Positions 13,301-28,678 are shown, counted from the first letter of the stretch. The stretch is DNA of 64,000 nucleotides from Amphiscolops sp. MND2022 (GCA_964187785.1 OZ076409.1:93498001-93562000); one strand, 5' to 3'. Translations and numbers: made by a program. Notes: generated by a model not told the origin, from the letters alone.

Positions 13301-13862
13301 GACTTGAGTACGTTTCTTTACTTGGTGGATTAACTTGCAATGACGTCTTAGACAATATCTTTGCTTCAATCAGGAATACGTTCCAAAGAATACAATTCGT
13401 CTCAGAATTTGGATTGCTGCACAAATACCTCCTGAGTGGTGCCGCTAAAGCACAACTCCGAGAGTTTACAATAGTCCAAACTCCAGAGTCACTATAACCT
13501 AAACTCACAGAGTCACAATTGTCCAATCTCCCAGGGTCACAATAGCCCAATCTCCCAGAGTCACGACAGCACAGACTCCAGAGCCACAATGGCACAAACG
13601 CCAGAGACACAATGATACAATCGCTCAGACACACTCTGGCACAATCGCCGAGATACACAGTGGCACAATCGGCAAGATACACAGTGGCCCAATCGCCAAG
13701 ATACACAGTGGTACAACCGCCCAGATACACAATAGACCAAGCTCTCAGAGAGAGACACTTGCTCTTCTTGGGCAATCTTCTAAGTTGTCCACCACCGAGT
13801 CGTCTTCCTCCTTGTCTTCTCTGTCCGGAACGGACTGATGATTTCCGTGTCGGCGGACCAAA

Positions 13863-14618
13863 TGTAAAGATCCCGCTTTGCACTGAATTGGATCCAATGT
13901 GATCCTGCACAAACTTCCCGCTCTGTACTTTTACGCGCTCCGGCTCTCCAACTATCAGAGTAGCTACTTATTCGCTCTTACCTTAGCAAAAAGTTGTAAA
14001 GATGTGGAAAGTTAATTAGTATCGCCGTCCTGAGACCCAACTTGACTATAGCTATTCAGTCGTGAAAATCTCTATCTAATAATGGTATAAATATGGTTTA
14101 CAATTTGACAGTAAAAATAGAGCAAATATCAGTTGAAATATGTTGTATAAACATATAACATTTAAAGCATCACATGAAGTTATTAGCTATGTAAACAAAC
14201 TATGTAGTGGTTTTGGCATGTTGGTCTGATGGGCTAGAACGTATATTTACACAACGTAAATATCATCAATCAACAGAGTTACATTCTACTTTGGTCATAT
14301 GGTAAATAGTAATGTTTTTTCTACAATGTTGGTTCCATGACCTTGAATACCACACATGTGAGGTGTAAAAAGGGTTATAGTGGGTGAATGCCTTTGAAAC
14401 TTAGCCGGTGTCTCCGTGTTTTGTACCTAGCTATGTGGGCCAAGTTTCATGACTCTATGACTAAGAGTCTCCAAAAAAACCCATTTGGGGAGTTCGCAGA
14501 AAACTGATGATCAATGTTTCTTCAAATTTTCATCCAAATTTCTTAGAGTTTATGTCTCGTTTCTCAACCAGCATGTTCTCAATCGACTTTCTCTGCCGTT
14601 TGATGACTGGCGCCAACA
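13863..14618 (-). repeat. U5-deleted 5' LTR copy 1 (element B array)
   Basis: tgtaaagatcccgc...ggcgccaaca; preceded by PBS remnant ggcggacca; lacks ~150 bp present in 7575-8482. Confidence 0.85.
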
Positions 14619-17465
14619 TTCCTGTCAGCAAAAAACACACTTTATATTAAAGGCAAATAAAAACATTGAACATCAAATAATCGCGTAAACACATCATCAC
14701 TTTATGCACAACGATTACAATTTCATCATGAGACTCGACTAGAACAGTTAGTAGGGAAATGCGTTTGTTCAAGAAAAAAGCAGATACCTATGTCACGTCA
14801 CCCTTACGTTGCATTTTTTGGTTATTGGCTCAATCACAACAGGTGACTAAAAGGAACATTCCTATGTGAATTCTAAGAGTATGATCTGAGCAACGTAATG
14901 CTAACGTGGTCTCTGCGAAGAGGGAAACTAAAAACCGAGAGGTAGAAATTTCACTTCATTTAACATCCTAATATTATCTCACAAGTACTTTATCTTAGAA
15001 CACTGCGTTATCTTTTTAAACTCTACATTCAAAAACCTCACAGTTCATTGTTATCCTAAGGAGATATTCGCTGAAATGAGCCTAAACGCTCAATTCCATA
15101 TTTACAGTTTACAATTGTTCCGTAGCGTCTCCGTGTACAATAAGATTAGCTATAGTTGACCAACGACTGACGAAGAGATTGCAGAGTGCGTAGCAGCATT
15201 TTCTTATTCTCTTAGCTATTGAAGTCACAAAAATCACTCTCATTGCACTGACCGCAAATAGTTCAATCCAGAGGGATAGATTCTTAAACAAGGCTTTCCT
15301 TGAAGTTGGAATATGTTATCTTTCCAGATGATTCCTTCATGGCTTGTGTTTGGCATTACTTTTCACGTGTGTGTCATGTTTCTTTGCAAGGTGGCAAAGC
15401 TTTCAATACGCGGCTCTATCATTCCAATCATCTTGCATTTTGTTGCTCATGCACAAATCCATAACTTTTGTCCAATTCAAATCATTTGTTCCCTTCTTCA
15501 AGAAGTAGATCATTGACGTAGATTATTGACACTCGAAACAGGTTTGCTTGCTGTACATGCGGTAGTAACTTCTTCACAGTGGTTTCTTCTGCACTCTCTT
15601 GCAGCAGTTCAACTTGCACACTCAATTCTTCTGAAGTTTGTTCCCTAGATGCGAATGCTGAGCTTCGATTCTCTTTCCTTTTTTCGGTCATTGTATAATT
15701 CAAGTTCACCTCTGTTGCACTATCGAATGCTCACTCCTAACCAAGTGCATCTCTTCTTTCAAAGTTTGTTTGTTTGGTATCCACGAGGAGGGTTTCTGAA
15801 CGGAATTCTTGTCGACATTTTTCTACAATGATTGTTTCTGACCAGTTCTGTATGCATTCAGCTGTGAAAAGCTTCGAGGTTCCTTTGTTTCCATCTTTCG
15901 CTTCTGCATGTGATGTAGCTCCTTGTCTGCATGATCCATTATCATAGTTTGTTCTGTCTGTCCGATCAACTCGCTCATCGGCTTCTGTGAGAAGTTTCGA
16001 ATCAAACATAGGCGCAGAGAACTTTCCTTCGTGAACTAATTTCACTGCATTCTCTGGAGTCGAGTGTACTGATACAGCAATAATGAACTTAGTCCCGTTT
16101 TTGGCTAATTCTGACCTGCTCATACATCATGAGTCTTCCGTGAAACTCTCGTCTGGTTAGACACTTTGGAAGCTAGTCCCACAACTACGCGAAACTTTCG
16201 CCAATTCTAATTCATTTTCAGCTATTCTAGCTCTGCGGGCAATCTCATCATACAAGTCAGCTATTTCCCTTTGTATTGCTTCGTGCTCCAGTTTCTCCAG
16301 TCTGGCTGGCTGTTCTTTTTGCTTTTTAAGAGCTTTTACTTTCAAACAAAAACTCGTCTAGCACTTGAAGTTTTCGATATCACAGAGGTGTTGTTGCTTC
16401 TGGATTCAACCAGTTGCGAATGCTTGCCCAGTTCCTCGAGGATAATGGATACAACAGCTTCTTTCTCATCGAGCTTGTCATCCAACCCTTTTACAAACGT
16501 ATGAAGTTTTTTCACATGTAGGGGTTCAATATCCCAATAGAGGCACCACGCGTACCAATATACCGCATCCTCTAAATTTTTTTGGTCAAAGTTCCATCAG
16601 TGTTTGACTGTGTTTTGTGTTTCTTTCTTCAAACACATTTTTCATTCGGGGACGCTGCCCCCGTGCCTTACTTTGTTTGGCATTCATTTAATCAGATGAC
16701 TCTTGTTTCACTGAGGGCTTTCCATTTACGCATTGATTTCTTGTAGATTTGTCACTTTTCCGAATTTCGCAATTTTTCAGAAACAAACTGTCAACTGCTC
16801 AATCCGGTAAGTAATCGCCAAGTTGTGAAGAATCAACCCAATACTGTCAATTTTACTTGCCTTCTATGACGAATTTGATTGTCTCGGTGGATCGTGTCCC
16901 TCTGACTTGAGCACGTTTCTTTACTTGGTGGATTAACTTGCAATGACGTCTTAGACAATATCTTTGCTTCAATCAGGAATACGTTCCAAAGAATACAATT
17001 CGTCTCAGAATTTGGATTGCTACACAAATACCTCCTGAGTGGTGCCGCTAAAGCACAACTCCCAGAGTTTACAATAGTCCAAACTCCAGAGTCACTATAA
17101 CCTAAACTCACAGAGTCACAATTGTCCAATCTCCCAGGGTCACAATAGCCCAATCTCCCAGAGTCACGACAGCACAGACTCCAGAGCCACAATGGCACAA
17201 ACGCCAGAGACACAATGATGCAATCGCTCAGACACACTCTGGCACAATCGCCGAGATACACAGTGGCACAATCGGCAAGATACACAGTGGCCCAATCGCC
17301 AAGATACACAGTGGTACAACCGCCCAGATACACAATAGACCAAGCTCTCAGAGAGAGACACTTGCTCTTCTTGGGCAATCTTCTAAGTTGTCCACCACCG
17401 AGTCGTCTTCCTCCTTGTCTTCTCTGTCCGGAACGGACTGATGATTTCCGTGTCGGCGGACCAAA

Positions 17466-18221
17466 TGTAAAGATCCCGCTTTGCACTGAATTGGATCCAA
17501 TGTGATCCTGCACAAACTTCCCGCTCTGTACCTTTACGCGCTCCGGCTCTCCAACTATCAGAGTAGCTACTTATTCGCTCTTACCTTAGCAAAAAATTGT
17601 AAAGATGTGGAAAGTTAATTAGTATCGCCGTCCTGAGACCCAACTTGACTATAGCTATTCAGTCGTGAAAATCTCTATCTAATAATGGTATAAATATGGT
17701 TTACAATTTGACAGTTAAAATAGAGCAAATATCAGTTGAAATATGTTGTATAAACATATAACATTTAAAGCATAACATGAAATTATTAGCTATGTAAACA
17801 AACTATGTAGTGGTTTTGGCATGTTGGTCTGATGGGCTAGAACGTATATTTACACAATGTAAATATCATCAATCAACAGAGTTACATTCTACTTTGGTCA
17901 TATGGTAAATAAGAATGTTTTTTCTACAATGTTGGTTCCATGACCTTGAATACCACACATGTGAGGTGTAAAAAGGGTTATAGTGGGTGAATGCCTTTGA
18001 AACTTAGCCGGTGTCTCCGTGTTTTGTACCTAGCTATGTGGGCCAAGTTTCATGACTCTATGACTAAGAGTCTCCAAAAAAGTCCATTTGGGGAGTTCGC
18101 AGGAAACTGATGATCAATTTTTCTTCAAATTTTCATCCAAATTTCTTGGAGTTTATGTCTCGTTTTTCAATCAGCATGTTCTCAATCAACTTTCTCTGCC
18201 GTTTGATGACTGGCGCCAACA
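17466..18221 (-). repeat. U5-deleted 5' LTR copy 2
   Basis: Near-identical to 13863-14618. Confidence 0.85.
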
Positions 18222-21000
18222 TTCCGGTCAGCAAAAAATCCACTTCATATTAAATGCAAATAAAAACATTGAACATCCAATAATCGCGTAAACACATCAT
18301 AACTCTATCCACAACGATTACAATTTCATCATGAGACTCAACTGAACAGTTAGTAGGGAAATGCGTTTGTTCAAGAAAAAAGCAGATACCTATGTCACGT
18401 CACCCTTACGTTGCATTTTTTGGTTATTGGCTCAATCACAACAGGTGACTAAAAGGAACATTCCTATGTGAATTCTAAGAGTATGATCTGAGCAACGTAA
18501 TGCTAACGTGGTCTCTGCGAAGAGGGAAACTAAAAACCGAGAGGTAGACATTTCACTTCATTTAACATCCTAATATTATCTCACAAGTACTTTATCTTAG
18601 AACACTGCGTTTTCTTTTTAAACTCTACATTCAAAAACCTCACAGTTCATTGTTATCCTAAGGAGATATTCGCTAAAATGAGCCTAAACGCTCAATTCCA
18701 TATTTACAGTTTACAATTGTTCCGTAGCGTCTCCGTGTACAATAAGATAAGCTATAGTTGACCAACGACTGACGAAGAGATTGCGGAGTGCGTAGCAGCG
18801 TATTCTTATTCTCTTAGCTATTGAAGTCACAAAAATCACTCTCATTGCACTGACCGCAAATAGTTCAATCCAAAAGGGATAGATTCTTAAACAAGGCTTT
18901 CCTTGAAGTTGGAATATGTTATCTTTCCAGATGATTCCTTCATGGCTTGTGTTTGGCATTACTTTTCACGTGTGTGTCATGTTTCTTTGCAAGGTGGCAA
19001 AGCTTTCAATACGCGGCTCTATCATTCCAATCATCTTGCATTTTGTTGCTCATGCACAAATCCATAACTTTTGTCCAATTCAAATCATTTGTTCCCTTCT
19101 TCAAGAAGAGAAGTAGATCATTGACGTAGATTATTGACATTCGAAACAGGTTTGCTTGCTGTACATGCGGTAGTAACTTCTTCACAGTGGTTTCTTCTGC
19201 ACTCTCTTGCAGCAGTTCAACTGGCACACTCAATTCTTCTGAAGTTTGTTTCCTAGATGCGAATGCTGAGCTTCGATTCTCTTTCCTTTTTTCGGTCATT
19301 GTATAATTCAAGTTCACCTCTGTTTGCACTATCGAATGCTCACTCCTAACCAAGTGCACCTCTTCTTTCAAAGTTTGTTTGTTTGGTATCCACGAGGAGG
19401 GTTTCTGAACGGAATTCTTGCCGACATTTTTCTACAATGATTGTTTCTGGCCAGTTCTGTAGGCATTCAGCTGTGAAAAGCTTCGAGGTTCCTTGTTTCC
19501 AACTTTCGCTTCTGCTTGTGATGTAGCTCCTTGTCTGCATGATCCATTATCATAGTTTGTTCTGTCTGTCCAATCAACTCGCTCATCGGCTTCTGCGAGA
19601 AGTTTCGAATCAAACATAGGCGCAGAGAACTTTCCTCCGTGAACTAATTTTACTGCATTCTCTGGAGTCGAATGTACTGATACAGCAATAATGACTTTAG
19701 TCCCGTTTTTGGCTGTTTCTGACTTGTCCATACATCCTGAGTCTTCCGTGAAACTCTTGTCTGGTTAGACACTTCGTAAGCTAGTCCCACAACTACGCGA
19801 CACTTTCGCCAATTCTGTTTCATTTTCAGCTATTGTAGCTCTGCGGGCAATCTCTTCATACAAGTCAGCTCTTTCCCTTTGTATTGCTTGGTGCTTCAGT
19901 TTCTCCAGTCTGGTTGCTGTTTTTTTTGCTTTTTCAGAGCTTTCACTTTCAAAAAAAGACCTCGTCTAGCACTTGAAGTATTCGGTATTACAGAGGTGTT
20001 GTTCTGGATTCAACCAGTTGCGGATGCTTGCCCAGTTCCTCGAGGATAATGGATACAACAGCTTTTTTCTCATGGAGCTTGTCATCCAAGTCTTTTACAA
20101 ACGTATGGAGCTTTTTCACATGTAGGGGTTCAATATCCCAATAGAGACACCGCGCGTACCAATCTACCGCATTCTCTAAATCTTTTGGTCAAAGTTCTAT
20201 CAGTGTTTGACTCTGTTTTGTGTTTCTTTCTTCAAACAAATTTTTCATTCGGGGATAATGCCCCCGTGCCTTTCTTTTTTTGGCATTCATGTAATCAGAT
20301 GACTCTTGTTTCACTGAGAACTTTCCATTTACGCATTGGTTTCTTGTAGATTTGTCACTTTTCCGAAATTCGCAATTTTTCAGAAACAATTTGTCAAATG
20401 CTCAATCCGGTAATCAATCGCAAATTCGTGAAGAATCAACCCATTACTGTCAATTATTACTTGCCTTCTATGACGAACTTGATTGTCTCGGTGGATCGTG
20501 TCCCTCTGACTTGAGCACGTTTCTTTACTTGGTGGATTCACTTGCAATGACGTCGTAGACAAGATCTTTGCTTCAATCAGGAATACGTTCCAAAGAATGC
20601 AATTCGTCTCAAAATTTGGATTGCTGCACAAATACCTCCAGAGAGGTGCCGCTAAAGCACAACTCCCAGAGTTTACAATAGCCCAATCTCCCAGAGTCAC
20701 GACAGCACAGACTCCAGAGCCACAATGGCACAAAAGCCAGAGACACAATGGTACAATCGCTCAGACACACTGTGGCACAATTGCCGCGAAACACATTGGC
20801 ACAATCGCCAAGATACACAGTGGCCCAATCGCCAAGATACACAGTGGTACAATCGCCCAGTTACACAATAATCCAAGCACTCAGAGAGAGACACTTGCTC
20901 TTCTTGGGCAATCTTCTAAGTTGTCCACCACCGAGTCGTCTTCCTCCTCTCGTCTTCTCTGTCCGGAACGGACTGATGACGTCCGTGTCGGTGGACGAAA

Positions 21001-21757
21001 TGTAAAGATCTCGCTTTGCACTGAATTGGATCCAATGTGATCCTGCACAAACTTCCCGCTCTGTACCTTTACGCGCTCCGGCTCTCCAACTATCAGAGTA
21101 GCTACGTATTCGCTCTTACATTAGCAAAAAGTTGTGAAGATGGGGAAAGTTAATAAGTATCGCGGTCCTGAGACCCAACTTGACTATAGCCATTCAGTCG
21201 TGAAAATCCCTATCTAATAATGGTAAAAATATGGTTTATAATTAGACAGTAAAAAAAGAGCAAATATCAGTTGAAATATGTTGTATAAACATATGACATT
21301 TAAAGCATAACTTGAAGTCATTAGCTATGTAAACAAACTATGTGGTGGTTTTGGCATGTTGGTCTGGTGGGCTAGAACGTATGTTTACACAATGTAATTA
21401 TCATCAATCAACAGAGTTACATTCTACTGTGGTCATATGGGTAAGTCGTAATGTTTTTTTTACATTTTTGGTTCCATGACCTTGAATACCACACATGTGA
21501 GGTGTAAAAGGGGTTATAGTGGGTGAATGCCTCTGAAACTTAGCTGGTGTCTCCGTGTTTTGTACCTAGATATGTGGGCCAACTTTCATGACTCTATGAC
21601 TAAGAGTCTCCAAGAAAACCCATTTGGGGAGTTCGCAGAAAACTGATGATCAATTTTTCTTCAAATTTTCATCCAAATTTCTTAGAGTTTTTGTCTCGTT
21701 TTTCAATCAGCATGTTCTCAATCGACTTTCTCTGCCGTTTGATGACTGGCGCCAACA
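21001..21757 (-). repeat. U5-deleted 5' LTR copy 3
   Basis: Same termini and same deletion as copy 1. Confidence 0.85.
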
Positions 21758-24546
21758 TTCCGGTCAGCAAAAAAACACACTTCATATTAAATGCAAATAA
21801 AAACATTGAATATCAAAAAAACACGTAACCACATCATCACTTTATGCACAACGATTACAATTTCATCATTAGACTCAACTAGAACAATTAGTAGAGAAAT
21901 GCGTTTTTGCAAGAAAAAAGCAGATACCTACGTCACGTCACCCTTACGTTGCAATTTTTGGTTATTGGCTCAATCACAACAGGTGAATAAAAGGAACATT
22001 CCTATGTGAATTCCAAGAGTATGATCTGAGCAACGTAACCCTAACGTGGTCTCTTCAAAGAGGGAAACTAAAAACCGAGAGGTGGACATTTCAATTCCTT
22101 CAACTTCCTAATAATATCTCACAAGTACTTTATCTTACAACACTGCGTTATGTTTTTAACTCTACATTCAAAATCCTCACAGTTCATTGTTATCCTAAGG
22201 AGATATTCGCTAAAACGAGCCTAAAATTTCAATTTCATGTTTACAGCTTTACAATTGTTCCGTAGCGTCTCCGTGTACAATAAGATTAGCTATAGCTGAC
22301 CAGCGATTTACGAAGAGATTGCGGAGAGCGTAGCAGCGTGTTCTTATTCTCTTAGCTATTGAAGTCACAAAAATCACCCTCATTGCACTGACCGCAAATA
22401 GCTCAGTCCAGAGGGATAGTTTCTTAAACAAGGCTTTCCTTGAAGTTGGAATCAGTTTTCTTTCCAGATGATTCCTTTATGGCTTGTGTTTGGCAGTACC
22501 TTTCACGTGTGTGTCATGTTTCTTTGCAACGTGGCACAGCTTTCAATACATGGCTCTATCATTCCAGTTGTCTCGATTTTTGTTGCTCATGCACAAATCC
22601 AAAGCTTTTGTCCAATTCAAATCATTTGTTCCCTTCTTCAAGGAGTAAATCATCGACGTAGAACATTGTCACTCGAAACAGGTTTGCTTGTTGTACATGC
22701 GGTAGTAACTTCTTCACAGTGGTTGCTTCTGCACTCTCGTGCAGCAGTTCAACTGACACACTCAATTCTTCTGAAGTTTGCTTCCTAGATGCGAATGCTG
22801 AGCTTCGATTCTCTTTCCTTTTTTCGGTCATTGTATAATTCAAGTTCACTTTTGTTTGCACTATCGAATGCTCACTCCTAACCAAGTGCATCTCTTCTTT
22901 CAAAGTTTGTTTGTTTCGATCCACAAAGAGGGTTTCTGAACGGGAATCTCGCTGAGATTTTTCTACAATGATTGTTTCTGACCAGTTCTGTCTGCATTCA
23001 GCTGCGAAAAACTTCGAGGTTCCTTTGTTTCCAACTTTCGCTTCTGCTTGTGTTGTAGCTCCTTCTCTGCATGATCCATTATCATAGTTTGTTCTGTCTG
23101 TCCGATCAACTCGCTCATCGGCTTCTGTGAGAAGTTTCGAATCAAACATAGGCGCACAGAACTTTCCTCCGTGAAATAATTTCACTGCATCCTCTGGCGT
23201 CGAATATACTGACACAGCAATAATGGACTTAGTCCCGTTTTTGTCTGTTTCTGACTTGTCCATACATCTTGAGTCTTCCGTGAAACTCTTGTCTGGTAGC
23301 CACTTTGGAAGCTAGAACCACAACTACGCGACACTTTCGCCAATTCTGTTTTCTTTTCGGCTATTCTAGCTCTGCGGGCAATCTCATCAAGTCAGCTATT
23401 TCCCTTTGTATTGCTTCGTGCTCCAGTTTCTCCAGTCTGACTCGCTGTTCTTTTTGCTTTTTCAGAGCTTTTACTTTCAAACAAAGAACTCGTCTAGCAC
23501 TTGAAGTTTTCGATATCACAGAGGTGTTGTTGCTTCTGGATTCAACCAGTTGCGAATGTTTGCCCAGTTCCTCGAGAATAATGGATACAACAGCTTCTTT
23601 CTCATCGAGCTTGTCATCCAAGTCTTTCACCAACGTATGGAGCTTTTTCACATGTAGGGGTTCAATATCCCTATAGAGGCACCACGCGTACCAATCAACA
23701 GCATTCTCTAAATCTTTTGGTCAAAGTTCCATAAGTGGTTGACTCTGTTTTGTGTTTCTTTCTTCAAACACATTTTTCATTCGGGGATGCTGCCCCCGTG
23801 CCTTTCATTTAATCAGATGACTCTCGTTTCACTGAGGGCTTTCCAACTATGCAATGGTTTCTGGTAGATTTGTCACTTTTCCGAATTTCGCAATTTTTCA
23901 GCAACAAATTGTCAACTGCTCAATCCGGTAATCAATCGCCAATTCATGAAGAATCAACCCAATACTGTTAATTTTACTTGTCTTCTATGACGAACTTGAT
24001 TGTCTCGGTGGATTTACTTGCAATGACGTCTTAGACCAGATCCTTGCTTCAATCATGAATACGTTCCGAAGAATACAATTCGTCTCGAAGTTTAAATTGC
24101 TGCACAAATACCACCAGAGTGGTGCCGCTAAAGCACAACTCCCAGAGTTTACAATAACCCAAACTCGAGAGTCACTATAGCTTAAACTCCCAGAATCATA
24201 ATAGCCCAAACTCCCAGAGTCACAATAGCTCAAACTCACAGAGTCACAATTGTCCAATCTCCCAGGGTCAAAAATAGCCCAATCTACCAGAGTCACGACA
24301 GCACAGACTCCAGAGCCACAATGGCACAAACGCCAGAGACACAATGATACAATCGCTCAGACACACTGCGGCACAATCGCCGAGATACACAGTGGTACAA
24401 TCGCCTTGATACACAATAGTCCAAGCTCTCAGAGAGAGACACTTGCTCTTCTTGGGCAATCTTCTAAGTTGTCCACCAGCGACTCGCCTTCCTCCTCGTC
24501 TTCTCTGTCCAGAACGGACTGATGATGTCCGGGTCGGTGGACGAAC

Positions 24547-25305
24547 TGTAAAGATCCCGCTTTGCACTGAATTGGATCCGATGTGATCCTGCACAAACTT
24601 ACCGCTCTATACCTTTACGCGCTCCGGCTCTCCAACTATCAGAGTAGCTACTTGTTCGCTCTGACCTTAGCAAAAAGTTGTAAAGATGTAGAAGAAAGTT
24701 AATTAGTATCGGGGTCCTGAGACCCAACTTGACTATAGCTATTCAGTCGTGAAAATCCCTATCTAATAATGGTATAAATATGGTTTATAAATAGACAGTA
24801 AAAATAGAGCAAACATCAGTTGAAATATGTTGTATAAACATATGACATTTAAAGCATAACATGAAGTTATTAGCTATGTAAACAAACTTTGTAGTGGTTT
24901 TGGCATGTTGGTCTGATGGGCTAGAACGTATGTTTACACAATGTGAATATCGTCAATCAACAGAGTTACATTCTACTGTGGTCATATGGGTAAATAGTAG
25001 TGTTTTTTTACATTTTTGGTTCCATGACCTTGAATACCACACATGTGAGGTGTGAAAGGGGTTATAGTGGGTGAATGCCTTTGAAACTTAGCTGTTGTCT
25101 CCGTGTTTTGTACCTAGATATGTGGGCCAAGTTTCATAACTCTTTGACTAAGAATCTCCAAGAAAACCCATTTGGGGAGTTCGCAGAAAACTGATGATCG
25201 GCTTTTCTTCAACTTTTCATCCAAATTTCTTAGAGTTTATGTCTCGTTTCTCAACCAGCATGTTCTCAATCGACTTTCTCTGCCGTTTGATGACTGGCGC
25301 CAACA
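24547..25305 (-). repeat. U5-deleted 5' LTR copy 4
   Basis: Same termini and same deletion as copy 1. Confidence 0.85.
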
Positions 25306-27922
25306 TTCCTGTCAGCAAAAAACACACTTTATATTAAAGGCAAATAAAAACATTGAACATCAAATAATCGCGTAAACACATCATCACTTTATGCACAACG
25401 ATTACAATTTCATCATGAGACTCGACTAGAACAGTTAGTAGGGAAATGCGTTTGTTCAAGAAAAAAGCAGATACCTATGTCACGTCACCCTTACGTTGCA
25501 ATTTTTGGTTCTTGGCTCAATCACAACAGGTGACTAAAAGGAACATTCCTATGTGAATTCCAAGAGTAGTATCTGAGCAACGTAACCCTAACGTGGTCTC
25601 TTCAAAGAGGGAAACTAAAAACAGAGAGGTAGAAATTTCACTTCCTTTAACTTCCTAATAATATCTCACAAGTACTTTATCTTATAACACTGCGTTATGT
25701 TTTTAAACTCTACATTCAAAATCCTCACAGTTCATTGTTATCCTAAGGAGATATTCGCTAAAATGAGCCTAAAACCTCAATTCCATATTTACAGTTTTAC
25801 AATTGTTCCGTAGCATCTCCGTGTACAATAAGATTAGCTATAGCTGACAAGCGAATGACGAAGAGATTGCGGAGAGCGTAGCAGCGTGTTCTTATTCTCT
25901 TAGCTATTGAAGTCACAAAAATCACCCTCATTGCACTTACCGCAAATAGCTCAAGCCAGAGGGATAGTTTCTTAAACAAGGCTTTCCTTGAAGTTAGAAT
26001 CAGTTTTTTTTCCAGATGATTCCTTCATGGCTTGTGTTTGGCATTACCTTTCACGTGTGGGTCATGTTTCTTTTCAACGTGGCAAAGCTTTCAATACATG
26101 GCTCTATCATTCCAATCATCTTGCATTTTGTTGCTCATGCACAAATCTAAAGTTTTTGTTCTTTATTCTCTTTCCTCTCTTTTCGGTCATTGTCTAATTC
26201 AAGTTCACTTCTGTTTGCACAATCGAATGCTCACTCCTAACCAAGTGCATCTCTTCTTTCAAAGTTTGTTTGTTTGGTAGCCACAAGGAAATTTCTGAAC
26301 GGAATTCTTGTCGAGATTTTTCTACAATGATTGTTTCTGACCAGTTCTGTCTGCATTCAGCTGCGAAAAACTTCGAGGTTCCTTTGTTTCCAACCTTCGC
26401 TTCTGCTTGTGTTGTAGCTCCTTCTCTGCATGATCCATTATCATAGTTTGTTCTGTCTGTCCGATCAACTCGCTCATCGGCTTCTGTGAGAAGTTTCGAA
26501 TCAAACATAGGCGCAAAGAACTTTCCTCCGTGAAATAATTTCACTGCATCCTCTGGCGTCGAATATACTGACACAGCAATAATGGACTTAGTCCCGTTTT
26601 TGTCTGTTTCTGACTTGTCCATACATCTTGAGTCTTCCGTGAAACTCTTGTCTGGTAGCCACTTTGGAAGCTAGTCCCACAACTACGCGACACTTTCGCC
26701 AATTCTGTTTCCTTTTCGGGTATTCTAGCTCTGCGGGCAATCTCTTCATACAAGTCAGCTATTTCCCTTTGTATTGCTTCGTGCTTCAGTTTCTCCAGTG
26801 TGGCTTGCTGTTCTTTTTGCTTTTTCAGAGCTTTTACTTTCAAACAAAGAACTCGTCTAGCACTTGAAGTTTTCGATATCACAGAGTTGTTGTTGCTTCT
26901 GGATTCAACCAGTTGCGAATGTTTGCCCAGTTCCTCGAGAATAATGGATACAACAGCTTCTTTCTCATCGAGCTTGTCATCCAAGTCTTTTACAAACGTA
27001 TGGAGCTTTTTCACATATAGGGGTTCAATATCCCAATAGAGGCACCATGCGTACCAATCTACAGCATTCTCTAGATCGTTTGGCCAAAGTTCCATAAGTG
27101 TTTGACTCTGTTTTGTGTTTCTTTCTTCAAACACATTTTTCATTCGGGGATGCTGCCCCCGTGCCTTTCTTTTTTTGGCATTCATTTAATCAGATGACTC
27201 TTGTTTAACTGAGGGCTTTCCAACTACGCAATGGTTTCTGGTTGATTTGTCACTTTTCCGAAATTCGCAATTTTTCAGCAACAAATTGTCAACTGCTCAA
27301 TCCGGTAATCAATCACCAATTCGTGAAGAATCAACCCAATACTGTCAATTTTTTTTGCTTTCTATGACGAACTTGATTGTCTCGGTGGATTTACTTGCAA
27401 TGACGTCTTAGACCAGATCTTTGCTTCAATCAGGAATACGTTCCAAAGAATGCAATTCGTCTCAAATTTTGGATTGCTGCACAAATACCTCCAGAGTGGT
27501 GCCGCTAAAGCACAACTCCCAGAGTTTACAATAGCCCAAACTCCAGAGTCACTATAGCTTAAACTCACAGAGTCACAATTGTCCAATCTCCCAGGGTCAC
27601 AATAGCCCAATCTCCCAGAGTCACAACACCACAGACTCCAGAGCCACAATGGCACAAACCCCAGAGACACAATGGTACAATCGCTCAGACACACTGTGGC
27701 AAAATCGCCGAAATACACAGTGGCACAGTCGCCAAGATACACAGTGGCCCAATCGCCAAAATACACAGTGATACAATCGCCCAGATACACAATAGTCCAA
27801 GCTCTCAGAGAGAGACACTTGCTCTTCTTGGGCAATCTTCTAAGTTGTCCACCACCGAGTCGTCTTCCCCCTCGTCTTCTCTGTCCGGAACGGACTGATG
27901 ATGTCCAGGTCGGTGGACCAAA

Positions 27923-28678
27923 TGTAAAGATCCCAATTTGCACTGAATTGGATCCGATGTGATCCTGCACAAACTTCCCGCTCTGTACCTTTACGTGATC
28001 CGGCTCTCCAACTATCAGAGTAGCTACTTATGCGCTCTGACCTTAGCAAAAAGCTGTAAAGATGTGGAAAGTTAATTAGTATCGCATTCCTGAAACCCAA
28101 CTTGACTATAGCTATTCAGTCGTAAAAATCCCTATGTAATAATGGTATAAAAATGGTTTACAATTCTACAGTAAAAATAGAGCAAATATCAGTTGAAATA
28201 TGTTGTATAAACATATGACATTTGAAGCATAACATGAAGTTATTAGCTATGTAAACTAACTATGCGGTGGTTTTGGCATGTTGGTCTGGTGGGCTAGAAC
28301 GTATGTTTACACAATGTAAATATCATCAATCAACAGAGTTACATTCTACTGTGGTCATATGGGTAAATAGTAATGTTTTTTTACACTTTTGGTTCCACGA
28401 CCTTGAATACCACACATGTGAGATGTAAAAGAGGTTATGGTGGGTGAATGCCTTTGAAACTTAGCTGGTGTCTCCGTGTTATGTACCTAGATATGTGGGC
28501 CAAGTTTCATGGCTCTATGACTAAGAGTCTCAGAGAAAACCCGTTTGGGGAGTTTGCAGAAAATTGATGATCGACTTTTCTTCAAAGTATCATCCAAATT
28601 TCATAGAGTTTAAGTCTCGTTTCTCAACCAGCATGTTCTCAATCGACTTTCTCTGCCGTTTGATGACTGGCGCCACCA
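27923..28678 (-). repeat. U5-deleted 5' LTR copy 5
   Basis: Same deletion; followed by TTCCG and the flank that continues into unique sequence after 29336. Confidence 0.85.

Larger units (their letters stand above)
7575..28678 (-). mobile_element. Decayed, internally rearranged and tandemly amplified BEL/Pao element (element B), related to element A
   Basis: 3' LTR 7575-8482 followed by the same PPT (ttgccggc...). Gag N-terminal remnants homologous to A (SNNTSVISKTSSARRV...LKVKALK vs SNKTSVISKTTSARKV...LELKALK). Probable TSD TTACG (7570-7574) vs TTCCG after the 5' LTR copies. Confidence 0.85.
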
